From Camelus ferus (Eukaryota), in assembly GCF_009834535.1 (NCBI RefSeq), contig NC_045697.1, positions 14,448,001-14,512,000 of the forward strand: a stretch of DNA of 64,000 nt, written 5' to 3'. Of the stretch, positions 50,761 through 64,000 are shown one piece after another. Position numbers and translations under genes: made by a program. The notes under the pieces were generated by a model, which did no database searches, was not told where the DNA came from, and saw only the letters and a program-made list of their open reading frames with translations. Every line of letters starts with the position of its first letter. The first letter of the stretch is position 1.

Positions 50761-53700
50761 CAATGAAAACAAAGAAACAAAAAAATCCACTTCTACTGAG
50801 GAAATATTAATGCACTGCACACAAGCTCACGGATATTTTCACACGCTTTGAATAGCAGTGGCTTTATAATTAACAGTCCATGTGAGCTTTAACCCACACA
50901 GCTAGCACTTTTATTTGGAGATTATCAAAGGTCAGCGTTAAGCAAAAGTATCCTTTCCCCACCTTTCGGTTTCTATGACAACGCATCCTCCCTAAACCAC
51001 CCTGGCATCACTTGACCCTCATTTTCTCCCTCCTTAGGGAGAAATGACTTAACTGATTAGTAAATTTGAAAAGGATAACTTCCCCCCTCCACTTAATTTC
51101 TCTCTTTTGTCATTCTGAAAGCAAACTGCCAACAAGAAGGAGGACTCTCCTGTGCTCTTGCAAACCTGACTCTCCCCAGGCAGCACCATCCTACCCATGC
51201 TGTGTGCTGGGGGTCCATCCAGGACAGCATCACCTCCGACTGAGAGTCCCGAGTCTGCCTAATTCTGGACCAGTCAGCAGGACCACGTGGCTCTCACACT
51301 GGGCTCAGCCTCTGACCTGGTTTCTTTCATTAACAGATCATATTAACACACTGCATCCTCCGTCTCCCACTATTTCATCTTAGTTCTTATTCCTTCAGAA
51401 CAAAGTGGGGGTAAAAAAGGGATGCTGTCTGGCTCCTTTCAAAACCTTCAGAGTCAGAATAAGGGCTACTGTTAGATATATATGTAGGCTTCAGAGTAGC
51501 AATGGTGGTCATCGATCCAAACATTGAAACCGACAAGATACATTTGTACCATTTTATTTAAAAATAAACCTAAAAAGTTTTATTTCTTTTATCATTTTAT
51601 TCATTCAGTACAAACAAAAGGAAACTAAAAGTAAAAATTCATACTATCCAAATCACATGTTGAACTGTTGAAAATTACTTAAAAATGTATAGATAAATTA
51701 TGATATATGACTGACTCCCAATCTCAGCATTAGGATGTTTACTCAAATCTCTAAAGTGTCGCTGAACTCATCTATTATCCACCTGATCTAGACTTACAAT
51801 AAAGCATAAACATTTAGTTAGAATATGCTGACAGAACAATACTGGGGAGTCATTTCATCTCTATAACCTTCAGTTTATTCATCTGTAAATGATAAAATGA
51901 TAAAGGAAATGATCTCTTTGTAAATTTGAGGCAAAAACAAAATGGGCATACATAGCATAGTGATTTATAAGTAAGAAAGTACCATTATGAATTGTTTCTT
52001 TTATGAATTAGTATCCCCATTACTCAAGAATTTGATTTTTTCCAAGGAAATATGTAACTCTGCTGTATGTATTTCTCCACATTAAACAGCAATGATGCAT
52101 TGAGGAAAGCCTGCATGCACTAGGAAAGGTGCTGTTATGTGCTGTGGATAATAAATACGAGCACATGCTTCCTGCGCTCAAGAAACTGTTACTTAAAAGA
52201 AGGGAATAGGAGAGTGGAATGCTGTACAGTAAAAGTCACAAGGAAAGAGGAGATTAAAGAAATGAAAAGAGAATGGGCTTGACTTTAAAGACAGCCTCGA
52301 CTCACCTGGATGGAAGGGAGCAGGCAGGTAATTTCAGGGAGGCAGAATCTGCCAGGGGTGCACATGCCGTGAGTGCTGGGGAAGTCGGGCAAGATGATTT
52401 CCTGCCCTTTGGTAAGCAGCTCACTAAGCATCATCCTGTTTCTTTAACGTAAACAAAATGCACGCCAGCTTTTTAAATGTGTTTTTTGGTAGGAATGTGG
52501 CAGAAATACGTTTTTTTAAAGTCTCCATAAAAATATCCCTTTGGATTTTTTCTTTTAACCAACTTTTCTAGCCTTTGAAGGACAAACAGAGCTAATATGG
52601 AGCAAGTAGTATATTATGGGGTAAGGCATTTATCATTATATTAGAAAATGTCTGGGGAAGATGATTTTAATTAGAAGGCACATTACATCAGTATTCTCTA
52701 GCGGCATATGGATTCTGGAGGAGGAAATCTCTCATTTCTTTACTCTGTTTCAAAGATCAATTGAAAATAATCCTATAACCAAAGAGAAGGTAGAGAGAAG
52801 GAAGTTGGAATGTCATTAAGTTTTACCTCTCTACCTGGGGTTTGCATCTACCCTTCTCCAGCATAGTTCTGAATATGGTCAGCACTCAATCATATTTAGG
52901 AGAAGGTACACAAAGAAGCAAAGCAAGGAAAGGATGGCCAGAGTTAGTCAGTTCCTAGCCTACACCCCTGCCTATATCTGGCACTGGCCTCAGAACCATA
53001 ATGCACTTGATGCATCAGAAGGCTGTCTGTGCCTTACTGTGCAGAACATAAGCCAAGTCCCAGGTGAAGAATGTGGCACTATAAGGAAGTACCACTAACG
53101 GCACCATTTATAATGAAATGAGTGACAGTTCTCAAAGAGGAGGTGACATGGCATAGATGTCATGGCACATGGTCTCCAGTAACCCTTGTCCACTTGAAAA
53201 CCTGTCCTCCCTTCCCAGCCTGAGAAGATGTATTTAAAGGAGCTGACAGGCTTTCCTTAAATAATTATTCCAGGGTTTAAATTGTTCCCTAAATAAAAGA
53301 CATATTCAGGTCCCTCTGGAATGTGGTAGGGTGAGGAGGCTCATCTTCACGGAAAAATTTCTGGACTCACCTTAGTCAGCCATTGGAAAGAACAGTTCTT
53401 ATTATTGGAAAATATGTGTATTTGAAATAGGTAGGCAGGTCAACTTGGAACTTTACAAAGATTTTGCAACTACAGAATTTCCCTGCTGATTTTGCATTTC
53501 CCTTGAATACACCTACAAAATGCTAACCTATATGTTAGTTTTATTGTTGTGTATTCTGGAAGAAATATACAGCAACGCAGAAGCCAGTTTACTATTTCGA
53601 GCATTGTATTTTTAGTATAAAATCTTGTTAGGGACACACAGCTTATGTGTAAACTTGTAATGAGGTCCATTCTCCAAGAGTTTTCGCTCTACAACCTCTG

Positions 53701-54589
53701 TTGTCATGGAGGAATGCATTTGGCTAATCAATTCCCTCTGTGTCTCCTTGAACATTTGCAATAAATAACAGGAAGGAGTTAATTCTGCTTTTCACTCAGG
53801 TGATGTTTAACAGCGTCCGCTAATTTCTCTTCAATGCATCAGTGATATTTAGGACTTGCTGAATATAGTGAAGACAGATGTGGGATTTGGGTGTTTGTTC
53901 AGGTGCTTCTGGCTTCTAATTATTTTATCATTATCCATTTTCCCCTGTAATTTGTTTAAATTTGGAATCACGTCACCAATTTACTTCATTGTTGCCAGTC
54001 CTTCAATATTCTCCTGTTTATTCATAATAGAGACTTTCTGTGACCAACTCATTAATAACCAAGAGTTTACTGAGATATAAAGTCGCTCATGTACTTAATT
54101 GTATTCAAATGGATGTCTGGGAAAGTACCTGCCCCCAATATATTACCTTGACCTTACTAATCCAGGAGCCTTCCAGTATTTCTTCACGTGTAGAGATTTA
54201 GAAAACAAACAAACAGTAAAACTTTAAGGAAGGTTAGAGTGAAGAAAACATGAGTTCTAGCTTCTGAAGTCTGTGGTCGATTTTAATTCTGCTGTCTGGT
54301 TACCTAAAAGTGAAACAAGTTCCTTAGCCCCTTTGCACACATTTCTTCATCAATAGAAGTGGGTGTACAAAATACCTATGGGCTATCTGACACGTGCAGA
54401 ACCTAGCCTAGTGTGAGCTGCAACACAAAGTGTTCAGAGTCGGCATAAAGAAAATTACGTTTTCGGCAGCTCTGTTCACAACGCCTGGGATCTTCCTACT
54501 GGCACTTATGCAAGAAGAGGAGACAGAAGTAATCATTAGAAAATTTGAGTTACAATATGGTGTGTTGCCTTGTCTCAAAATTATTCTAT

Positions 54590-54760
54590 GTCTCAAAAAT
54601 CACTCTACAAGTTTGAAGACCTATGAGTTTGGCATTTTGATGATCTCCATCTAATGTTCGAGGAAACTGAGGTACAAGAGGTTTGGTGATTTGCCTAGGA
54701 CCCACAGTCAGCGTATTTCAGGGGTAGGGTTTGCCCGATGTCTGTCTATTTTCAAGGTTC
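54590..54760 (-). mobile_element. MIR SINE
   Basis: gaggaaactgaggtacaagaggtttggtgatttgcctaggacccacag. Confidence 0.75.
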
Positions 54761-55529
54761 AGCGTCTCCCAACCTCAGTACTGTCCCGTCCCTACAGCCA
54801 AGTACTACCCTTAGTTCACAGAGGGGCTCAGTGTAACTCAGTACTTCCTCATGGCAGGTAAGAGGAGGGAGTCTGACTGGATGGGCTTTCACACCTTCCT
54901 CCTCAAAGCATCTCTGATCCTTAGTTCCAGACTTTGTCACAGGAGCAACATGCCTGACAGTTTCACTTGAGATGAACACAGGCATACCTCTAAAAAGAGG
55001 CAGTACTCTCCCTTCCTGCCATTTAAATTTATCTCAGTCAAATGCATATGTAAGTAAGGCTCAGGAAATAGTTCTTAATAATAGCAATAATTTTATGTAT
55101 TCCAACTTTCCTCCTAAATCCATACGGGCCCAGGAATTGCTTCATCTAGGGAAAAACTGTCTTTTTCTTTTCAATAAAAAAGCTGATGTCTACTAAATGT
55201 CAGCCCTGATGGCTGAGATGGGCATGATGATTCACAAGAGGTGAAGATCACTGCACAAATGGAGTGCATCCTGATTGACAAGAGAGCTGAACAGGAAGAG
55301 CATCTTCAAGCTACAACGTGAACGTTGCATCTGCACAAAATTATGATTCTTCATGTTGGTTTAAAAGGCATTAGCAACTCATCCCTAAGACACAGTTTTA
55401 AAATTACCACTGAGTTTGCCAATATGGTCTTTCGTGTCCACCTTCAAAAGGTCCACCTTCAAAAATGTCCCCTAATCAACAGGACATGGCGGTAGAGCAG
55501 TGAGGACAAACCACTGGACTCTACATCAC

Positions 55530-56075
55530 AGCAGGGCAAGAAAACTTGTGCCACTGCTTTGAAAAGCAATCTTATCTCAAATATACATCAGGATACTTGA
55601 TACGGTCCATTCTCTTGTTCCACTCACTTTTCTTCTAAAGCTCTATCCTAAGAATATATTTATAAATATATAAGCAACTTCACATACAAAGGTTTTATTA
55701 TAGGATTTTTCAAATGCTAGACAAAATGCAAATAACTTACATGCTGTACAATCAGGGTAAGTGACTTATATCACATAAATTTATAGAATCTAATATAGGC
55801 ATTAAAATATTTATGAAGGATCTACAATCTAATATAAAAAGATTTCTGCTCTACTGTTGAATTTAAACCTACATAAAATTTTATACATACAGTAATATTA
55901 TGAAATTTAAAGGAACAAATCTGCATGTAGAAAAAAACTGAAAGGAAATAAGTAAAAATATTACCGGTGGTTATTCTTTGAATGGTGGGACTATGGGCGT
56001 TTTATTTATATTTCTTTCTTTTTGTATATTTATAAACTTCTTACAATGATTGTTTATTACTTAAATAATGGAAAA
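55530..56075 (+). mobile_element. Old LINE-1 3' end (L1ME-like)
   Basis: ccactgctttgaaaagcaat...ctatcctaagaa...aaaatattaccggtggttatt...ggtgggactatgggcg. Confidence 0.65.
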
Positions 56076-56220
56076 GCATACCTTTTCCTACCACTCATGT
56101 TTGCAATTGGAAACTCATGTTTCCAATGCTATCATCTTTTCACATTTAAATGCAGTTTAATGACTTATAAATATATGTTTATAAAGAGATTTACAAATTG
56201 TGTTTGATCATTCCTCAACC

Positions 56221-56449
56221 CAGTGGTTCTCAAAGTAGTGGGAGGTGATTTTGCCTGTTCTCCTTCCCCCTGGGAGATTCAGCAGGGCCTGGGGACACTT
56301 GGTTGTCTCAGTTTGGAGAAAGGTACTACCAGCATTTAGTAGGTAGAAGCCTGGGATTCTCCCAATGGCCCTATCATGCATAGGACAGCACCCACAACAA
56401 AAAATTACCCAGCCGAAAATGCCAGTAGTGCTGAAGCTGAGAAACCCTG
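56221..56449. mobile_element. MER20 (hAT-Charlie MITE)
   Basis: TIRs cagtggttctca ... tgagaaaccctg; internal taggacagcacccacaacaaa..attacccagcc.aaaatgccagtagtgc. Confidence 0.9.
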
Positions 56450-56559
56450 CCTTAGAAAAACATTATATTGTCTAAACATTATAGTAATTCAAGACTGTAA
56501 TGGGAACTCTATTACTAGAACCTCTTAATATACTTTCCTATCGATTATCTATCCATCCA

Positions 56560-57400
56560 TCTACTCACCCACAAGACATTGAGGATGCAGAGATAAGTGC
56601 TCCACCTATGTGATGCTTGAAGTTTAGTGAAAGAGAAAAAGACAGAAATCAAGAGTTTAATGTCACCTGAGGTGCTAAGATAGAGTGCTTTGGGATAACA
56701 GCAATGGGCACTTCAGCCAGCCAGGTGGTTCAAGGGAGGCTTTCTGGAACAGATGGCTCCTGATCTGAGCTTAAAGGATAAGAAGGAGTTAATCAGGTGA
56801 AGACCAGTGAGAATTTTACTCTAAAGGAAGGACAGTGACAGTACAGGCAAAGCCATGACACATGAAATAGCACGGGGTGCTTGGGAAATGATGAGTTTGT
56901 CACCCATGGGACATAAAATGGGCACAGGTGAGGGTGGGGAAGAGGCAGAGAGGCCTCAGGGCCAGAGTACCTTTTTTCTGCTTCAGGAAGTCAAAAAATG
57001 CTTCCCAGAGAAGGAAGAATATGAACTTAGAGCTTAAAGTTGAAATGATGTCTCCAGGAATATGAGGAGGGAAGGGCATTCTAAGAGAGAGAGCAGTATG
57101 TGCAAAATTTGGGTAGCTGGAGACGACACAAAATGCTCAGGGAACTTCAGTAGAGTGTTGCTGGAACATGAATTTGGGAATAAAAGGAAATAGAAGGATA
57201 AATGACCAGAGATGATGATGGACAAGGAGGCACTGGTCTGATCCTGACCTCTGTATCATAGGCAAGGACATGGAGATTTTATTTTATAAGTGAAACAGAA
57301 GAACCCTGAGCATCAGCTCAGTTGCTATGTTTTAAAAGTTTTCTCTTTTGAGACTATGAAGTCAGATTGGAAGAACGTGGGAAGGGGATGGGGTTAAGAT
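56560..57400 (-). mobile_element. L2 fragments
   Basis: caagggaggctttctgga...ctgagcttaaaggataagaaggagttaatcaggtgaag; cttcccagagaagg. Confidence 0.65.
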
Positions 57401-57904
57401 GAGACAAGTATATTGATTTAAAGGGACAAGCCATCAAAGATGAAGTGAGACACTCACTGATATGTATTTATTGAGCCTCCATGATATACTTTGTACTGCT
57501 TTGGACCCTGTGGAAACCTGGGGAAAATTCACCCTGTACAGAGGTAGAGTGGTCCCTTTCCTCTAGGTGAGGGGAAAATGAATGGACACAAATTACATGG
57601 CTTGGAGAACAGTGCACAAAGGCCTATTATTATCCATTACATGCTGTCTGACATACATCAGGACTGACTGAATTCAGATTAAGGACGGAATGTGGGATTA
57701 GAGAGAGGGTAGATTTTGATCTGGGTTGAAATGGGGAAATATGGGTGGCATTTGGGTAGGAGAAGGCATTGTGGGAGAAAAGAGAGGAATGTGAGTGAGG
57801 ACTTAGAAACTGGGATCAACAAGCATTTTGCATGAAAATGCAAAACTAGGTTTTATCAATTGTCTGTAGTTCCCAAGGATGTGTGATGCTGAGTGCTAGA
57901 AGGG

Positions 57905-58150
57905 TCACTTAGATTCAGCTCAAAGGTCACCTCTATGAGTCCTTTCTGAAGTTCCCCACCTTCTAAATAGTCAGTTTCTTATGTCCCAATACTCCCTGCA
58001 CAGATTTGAAACCAGGGAAATTTACTAAACCAATTTGTCTGCATGTAAATCCCTCTTAGCCAAAACTGTGCCTTTAAGTCCCCAAGCACAGCACCTGGTA
58101 CACAGATCACTTTTAAAAATCGTTATTTCATGGATAATTGAATGAATGGC
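57905..58150 (+). mobile_element. L2 3' end
   Basis: ttcagctcaaaggtcacctct...agcacagcacctggtacacag...ttgaatgaatg. Confidence 0.7.
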
Positions 58151-58199
58151 CATATTTAGTAAGACGTATGATGGAAGTGAAAAACAAAGACAGCAGTGA

Positions 58200-58470
58200 T
58201 ACTAATGCTATAAGTAATATAAAATATTTGGTAAGCTTGGGGTTCCAGGCACTGTGCTAAGCATGATTTTAACAAATATCATTGAATTTATGTCTCACAA
58301 TAATCCTATGAGGTAGGATTATTGTTATTCTCCCCATTTTTGAGAGAACTGACATTCAAGGTAGTTATAAACTTTTTCCAAGACAATGTAGACCATCAAA
58401 AACAGAGCTAAGAACTGACTTCAGGTCTGCCTCATTTCAAAGAATATGAACTTACCCACTATTTACATAT
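58200..58470 (-). mobile_element. MIR SINE
   Basis: ccaggcactgtgctaagca...ctcacaataatcctatgaggtagg.ttattgttattctccccatttt. Confidence 0.85.
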
Positions 58471-59022
58471 TCTTCATTTTCAAGAGAATTTAGACTTAAG
58501 GTGATTTTACCTTTTTTAAAAAAAGTTCATTGATCCAATGTATTTGTCCTTGACCCAAAAGACTCAATGTAACACAATACTCTAAAGACCAGTTTACTTT
58601 GAAGATTTGAAATGTGTCTTTAATAAGCCCACAAGAGTTTATAAACTCAATGAAAAAGGCAAGCGACAATGAAACCCAGACAAAAATCAGTAAGAAAGGG
58701 AGACCCTAACTGTCTAGCTCCAGTATAGACTCACTGCATAACACAATCACATGAATGGCTTACGCTACATAGCAACCCTCTAAATTGGCCTAGAAATTGT
58801 GAAATTAGGGGAAGGGAAGACATTTTATTGCACAGACACCTACATCCTAATTCAGCTCACTTGCTAATTTGGCAGATAATTCCATCAACCCCAAAGAAGG
58901 ACTAGACCCCCCCATCCACTCAGTGAGACTAAGGGCTCAACAAACCTGCACGAGTTTCCCAGAGGCAGCATCTCACCGGCCTGAGACCCCTTCTCAACTG
59001 ATTCCTTTGTTGCCAACTCTAG

Positions 59023-59345
59023 TCCGGGGGGTTGGTAAATTTCAGCAAAAGGTCAAATCCACTCTGCTACCTGTTTTTGTATGACCTTTCAGCTGTGTTG
59101 TATGACATATACAATGGTTTGAAAAAATGATATTTTTTCAAGATTAAAAGATTCAAGATTAAAAAAGATAATATTTTGTGAAAGAAGAAAACTATGAAAT
59201 TCAGGTTTGAGTCTCTATAAATATTTACTGAAACATAGTCACATCCGTTCGTTTTCACATGCCTTGTGTCACAACAACAAAGTTGAGGAGTTAGACTGCA
59301 TGACCCACAAAGGCTAAAATACGATAGAACAAGCTGACTGGCAAT
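59023..59345. mobile_element. MER58-like hAT-Charlie element
   Basis: gggttggtaaatt...ggtcaaatcca...cctgtttttgtatg...ttactgaaacatagtcaca...gacccacaaaggctaaaata. Confidence 0.7.
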
Positions 59346-59423
59346 GGTTCTAGAATAAAGCTCAACAGGTGCCAAACATCCATGAACGTTGTGAGTGTGG
59401 CCTTTCAGACTTGTGGTGTAAGT

Positions 59424-59608
59424 CAGTGGTTCTTGAAACGTGCTCCGGACCAGCAGCACCAAGCCACAGTGAGAAATCACTTGAAATGCAAATTCTCAGA
59501 CCCTAACCTAGATCTGTTGAATCTGAAATGCTTAGAGCAGGAACTAGCAACCTGTGTTTTAACATGCATCCAGGTGATTCTGATACACAGAAAGCTTGAG
59601 AACCACTG
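59424..59608. mobile_element. MER5A (hAT-Charlie MITE)
   Basis: TIRs cagtggttct...agaaccactg; internal gaaatgcaaattctcag, tgttttaaca...ccaggtgattctgat; ~185 bp. Confidence 0.9.
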
Positions 59609-59689
59609 ACATAACACAAGGACTTTGAATGTGTTATCTTAGCCCATCATAATTACAAGAAAGGCACTGATTGGCTTCTGTTTGTATTC

Positions 59690-59850
59690 CAAGTCCTGAG
59701 CTAGATCTCTCACTTACATTATTCCCTACAATAATCTTGAAAGGTGGGATTGGTTAGCCTGACTTTACAGGAAAAGAAACTCAAGATCAGGAAGGTTAAG
59801 TGATTTGCTCAAAGTTACTGAGTCAGGACTTAACCTCAGAGATAACTTGC
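59690..59850 (-). mobile_element. MIR SINE
   Basis: tttacaggaaaagaaactcaagatcaggaaggttaagtgatttgctcaaagttac. Confidence 0.75.
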
Positions 59851-59954
59851 CCCTCACTTGACTCTGCCCTCCTCCTTGTCCTGTGAGGAGGGAGAGCAGC
59901 CCAGAGACCCTGAGGGAGCTGCCCTACTCTGTCAGAGAGGCTTCAGCATTCTCT

Positions 59955-60394
59955 TGTTGAATATAAACAATGGCACAGAATGTCAACACCAGACAAGACC
60001 ACTCCATACCTACAACTGAGCAAGATAAGGCAAGATTACACCATAATCACATCAAGAGAAGGCAAAACATGAACTTTGTTTAAACCACAAAAACAACCAA
60101 ATATCCGCCATTCTCATTAATGTAGCTTGTTCTTTGCCAATTACTGCTTTAGCCTCTGTCCAGTCTTTTAAGTCTGTATCAGATTTATTAAGCCAATTAC
60201 CCTGGCTTCTTGACTTCACTCAACCCAGAACAAAGCACAGCTTCCTAAATCCCGTAAGTCCTTTCTAACACTCCATTACCAAACGCCCCACAGTTCTCCA
60301 TCGTGTGTGTCCTCCCTTTCTGCAAAAAGGAAAGAGGCCAAATTGTTTGACCACAGGTGTGTTCCTTATGATCTTTGGCTGGATATCATTGACA
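59955..60394 (+). mobile_element. Probable ERV solo LTR, family uncertain
   Basis: ~440 bp bounded by tgttga...ttgaca; LTR-like 3' end tttgaccacaggtgtgttcc..gatctttggctgg. Confidence 0.55.
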
Positions 60395-60689
60395 TGTACA
60401 ACCCCTCCACCCTCATTCTTCCTCACTAAGATTCCAGCTTTCTGCTCCAGGCTGTGGTAGGAAGTGGGTTCCCAAAGTAAGCAAAACTGAAAAATAATAG
60501 TCCCCAAACTAGTCAGTTCCAAGTACGTTATCAAGTTAATTACAGACACTTAAACTGACTAATGATGTCTTAATTTAATGGAATTTTTTAGAACAAATGT
60601 GATCACAAATAATGACTTTAGGAAACTGCTTTTCTTAAAAATTCCTTCTTTTAGCTTCTAGTCTTTACTTATCAAAGTCTTTTGATCCC

Positions 60690-60945
60690 TCAACTCATCA
60701 GACTTCAAATGCCACCACCTTCGTGCAGCCTTCCCTGAAATCTTCCAACTGGATGGGATGGCTCTTCTCTTTGTGTTTTCTAAAGGCCTTGATCCCTCTC
60801 ACCAGACACTTTTCAATCTTGGATTAGTTATTCATGAGCTGTTTGGTCTTTACCTAATTTGCAAATACCCTAAGGACGGTAAAATACCCCATGTCCTCTA
60901 TTCCCCTTCACACAGTAGGTACTTAGTGCATATTTGTTCAGTTTC
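60690..60945 (+). mobile_element. L2 3' end
   Basis: caaatgccaccaccttcgtgcagccttccctga...cagtaggtacttagtgcatatttgtt. Confidence 0.7.
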
Positions 60946-61170
60946 ACTTAGACATCTAAGTTTTTTTTTTTCTAGTTGTGGAGTTGAAAGGTCTACTTTC
61001 CCAGCCAAATTAAAGTCCATCTAAGCTGGGCTTTTTCAGCTCACTGATGGAGGTCTCATTTGAAATTATGGCCCAAGGCCAAAAGGTTCTAATGAACAGC
61101 TGTCTCAGATGCCTTTGGTGTGTGGGTATCTCTGCTTTGCAGGGGAATTTTGATGTGAAATCTTACTAGC

Positions 61171-61197
61171 AGAAAAAAAAAAAAAAAAAAAGAAAGA
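61171..61197. repeat. Poly(A) tract
   Basis: Run of about 19 A. Confidence 0.9.
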
Positions 61198-61654
61198 GTA
61201 AAAACAAATCATAATCAACTAATCAACAGTTTCCAGGCTACTTTGGGAACTTGAAAGAGGCACTAGAGGTTCTCAGTTCTGCAGCACCAGCGTGCACTGG
61301 CACGACTACTCCACAGGAGTAAATTACACTCAGGCCGTAATTCTTTTAGTGTGTTCTACATACCAAGCACTGCACTAGCTGGCAAGGTTCATTATATAAT
61401 CAAGGAGAGGGAACAGAACTATATTACTTCCCCTTCACATTTTATTTGTTGCTCCAGGACTTCCACATTTTATACCAAGTCCCTATGTCGATATTACCTC
61501 ACCTAGAGCCCTGCATATAGAACTTGTGCAAGCATCTTTCTGACATATGAAATTGATAAACTTCTCTTCATCCATAAAATCCCATCTTAGAAGCCACCTC
61601 CTCTGGGGAGTCATCTCTGATCACTTCTGTCTCTTCCACGTGGGTTTAACAAAT

Positions 61655-61765
61655 AACAAAGTATTGGTAATCATTGCAGCTGGATGATGGGTACGTAAAA
61701 GCTCATTATACTATTCCCTGTACTTTTTGTGCGTAAACTTTTCCAAAATTGAAAAGTTCGAAATA
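61655..61765 (+). mobile_element. Short old L1 3' terminal fragment
   Basis: gctggatgatgggtacg..gctcattatactattccctgtactttttgt. Confidence 0.6.
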
Positions 61766-62379
61766 ATTGAACACCTTGCAAGATGTCAGATATATTTTTC
61801 AGAATTTTAAAGTCCCCACCATAAACAAAGCTACTATATCTGCAGCTACAACCTCTGTGTGCCCCAGATATCTTTCTTTTCTCATAAGAACTCTATTTAA
61901 AGCCAAACAACATTGCCCTGAAATTGAAAAAAAAAATGCCACTTCAGAACAGGTGCAGGTCAAGGATATTATACTAAACATGAGTTTCTGGAAAAACTGG
62001 AAATTGACAGCTTACAGTAAAGATTTTGTCAAGAAGGGCCATCTGTGGATTTTTGCCCTTGTCTCTCAGCTGAATTGTTCCAGAAGTATAATTGGTACCT
62101 CTGCTTCCACTCTCTTACCCGTGGACTCATCTTCACCTACTCCAAGACTGGCCCACCCAAAACACTGGGCTGCCATACTGTTCATTGCTCCCCCAAAGTT
62201 GAAGACTTCGTGTCAATGGCTCTTCATGGGTGATGGAACAAGTACCTCCTCTCAGCATTGCACCCCAGGGGCCCCTTCAGCCACATTCATTTCAACATTC
62301 TGATGCCCATGTGCTACAAGCCGCTGCGCTTCTCCACGAAAAGTACCCTCTGTCAGGGCTCAGAGTCACAATTCAAGCT

Positions 62380-62700
62380 CTTTGCTCAGCCTAGAATATT
62401 ATTTCCCCATTCTGCCATCTGGGAACTCCTTACACCGTTAAGTCCTGTACAACTGTTTGTTTTTTTTTTCTCCATGAAGCCTTCCCTCGAGCCCTTTCCA
62501 GAATGTTCCACACCATCTGTGCCTCTACAGGCCATTTCTGGGCTTATGCTCAGTGGTTAATCTGTCTCACTTGGTAATTAGTTTCCATTTCTAGAATGTA
62601 AGCTTCCTGAGGGCACATTCCTTTAATGTTCATCTTGTCCCTTCCCACCATCCCGGTCAATGCCTAACAGAGGACCCCGCACACATTTTGAATCCAATAA
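62380..62700 (+). mobile_element. L2 3' end
   Basis: ctccatgaagccttccct...ctagaatgtaagcttcctgagggca. Confidence 0.75.
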
Positions 62701-64000
62701 GACACAGATTACATGCAAAACTGTGAAATGATGAGATTAATCTTGTGCGTGTTCTTCATCATTCCCTTTATTAATGAGTGGGTATTTGTAAAACCTCAAA
62801 TCATTATATTAAAATCCCATTAGTCATTTTAATCCTCTTTACAAATTGCTTTTGCTTCCCGAACCTTGAATTTCAACTAAAAGAGAATTATTTTTTAAAA
62901 TAAGGCTTTATCAAAATCAGAATCTAATCTAAGTGAGAGCAGAAATGTTTCTCTTTACCCTTTTCTATCTGTGGCTAATTCTCAATGGCCCTTGTAGACG
63001 GTAATAATAAGGTAACACTGCTTTGCCCTGACCCTAATACAGACACGCTCATTCAAACAGACTCAGACTACTTTCTAAGTTAATCAATGCAGAGAGTCAT
63101 ATTAGAGAAAGTGCTCTACAGTGGCACCAGTGAAGAATCACTGCCCTCTGAAGACAGTATAAAAGTTCAGTGTTGCCTAAAAGAAGCTCACAATTCTGCT
63201 CTGGGCCTCATCTTTACTTCTTTACCAAAAAGAAAGGCTAATTCTCTGGCCTTTCTCTCGGCCATATTTTCTAAGTGGTGCCATTTCAGGGAAATGTTTT
63301 GCAATCTACATTGGAATAGCCCTTTTTGGCCTTTTTATCATTTGCAGGTACAAAGGATGAAGGACTTGATGATCTGATATTTTATGGCTTGCTCTGTAAA
63401 TGATTTTTTTCTTATACTTCCACTTGGCTGGTGATCAAAAAGTCTAAGTTCTGTTTCTGCTTGGACACTGTCACAGTCTGAGAAAACATAGATAGGAGGC
63501 CGAGGCTAGAATTCCCATGATTTTATCGGGTCCCATTGTTGGATTCTACTCAGACTAGCTATTCATGGACATTGAATATGTTACAGATGGTCAAAACTTG
63601 GTGCAAATCTGAGAAGGAAAGGGGCTCAGGAGACCACTTGGTTTGCTTTTGTTCTAACCCTGAGTCTCACGTGTGATAAAGCTGGTAGTCTGGCTTAGCT
63701 TGCTCACATGCCATGCTTGGGTCCTACACTTGGGTTGGGATCAAAGCCTTCCAGAAGCTGTGTAGGATACTGTGTAATCTTATTTCCTATGAATGTATTT
63801 CCCTCAGCTATCTCATAGGATGTTAGTAGACAGTTCAGGAATTCAGGAAGTTTTCCATCTATGTTTTCATTAACTCTCTTTCCCAATATTAGGGACGAGA
63901 AATAAATGAAAAGTGTGTTGCGATAGGAAAAGCACTTATGGGATTCACAGTCTTTGCATTTGGTGCTGTCTCTGCTCCCAGTTAGTGCTGTTCTGATAAG

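Noticed and set aside
54775..54848. Three spaced agtact palindromes, CRISPR-like at a glance
   Set aside because: Only 6-9 bp are shared, the spacing is irregular and the context is eukaryotic.
47411..54995. 17-bp match caggcatacctctaaaa at 47411 and 54979
   Set aside because: A 17-mer pair is plausible by chance in 64 kb of AT-rich DNA. It resembles the start of a Tigger1 TIR, but no element body follows.
61767..62303. Longest ORF in the track (178 aa)
   Set aside because: It starts at TTG, has no recognisable domain and no supporting splice context, and its length is compatible with chance in 64 kb.

Overview
AT-rich, CpG-depleted mammalian nuclear DNA, not prokaryotic. The tRNA-derived SINE at ~1.9 kb and the young L1 3' ends resemble camelid (camel/alpaca) elements; this is inferred from recall, not from a search. 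The window reads as intronic or intergenic. It holds many decayed eutherian repeats (L1, L2, MIR, MaLR/ERVL LTRs, hAT and Tigger DNA transposons) separated by repeat-poor unique stretches. I recognise no protein-coding gene, and the supplied ORFs look like chance or repeat-derived frames. The best-supported oddities are a 214-bp ~95% identical local duplication next to an L1 tail, an exact 27-bp direct repeat 1.5 kb apart, three patches that retain CpG and carry regulatory-type motifs, and several weak exon candidates. I found no convincing new biological system. Repeat family names and boundaries were judged by eye and are approximate.
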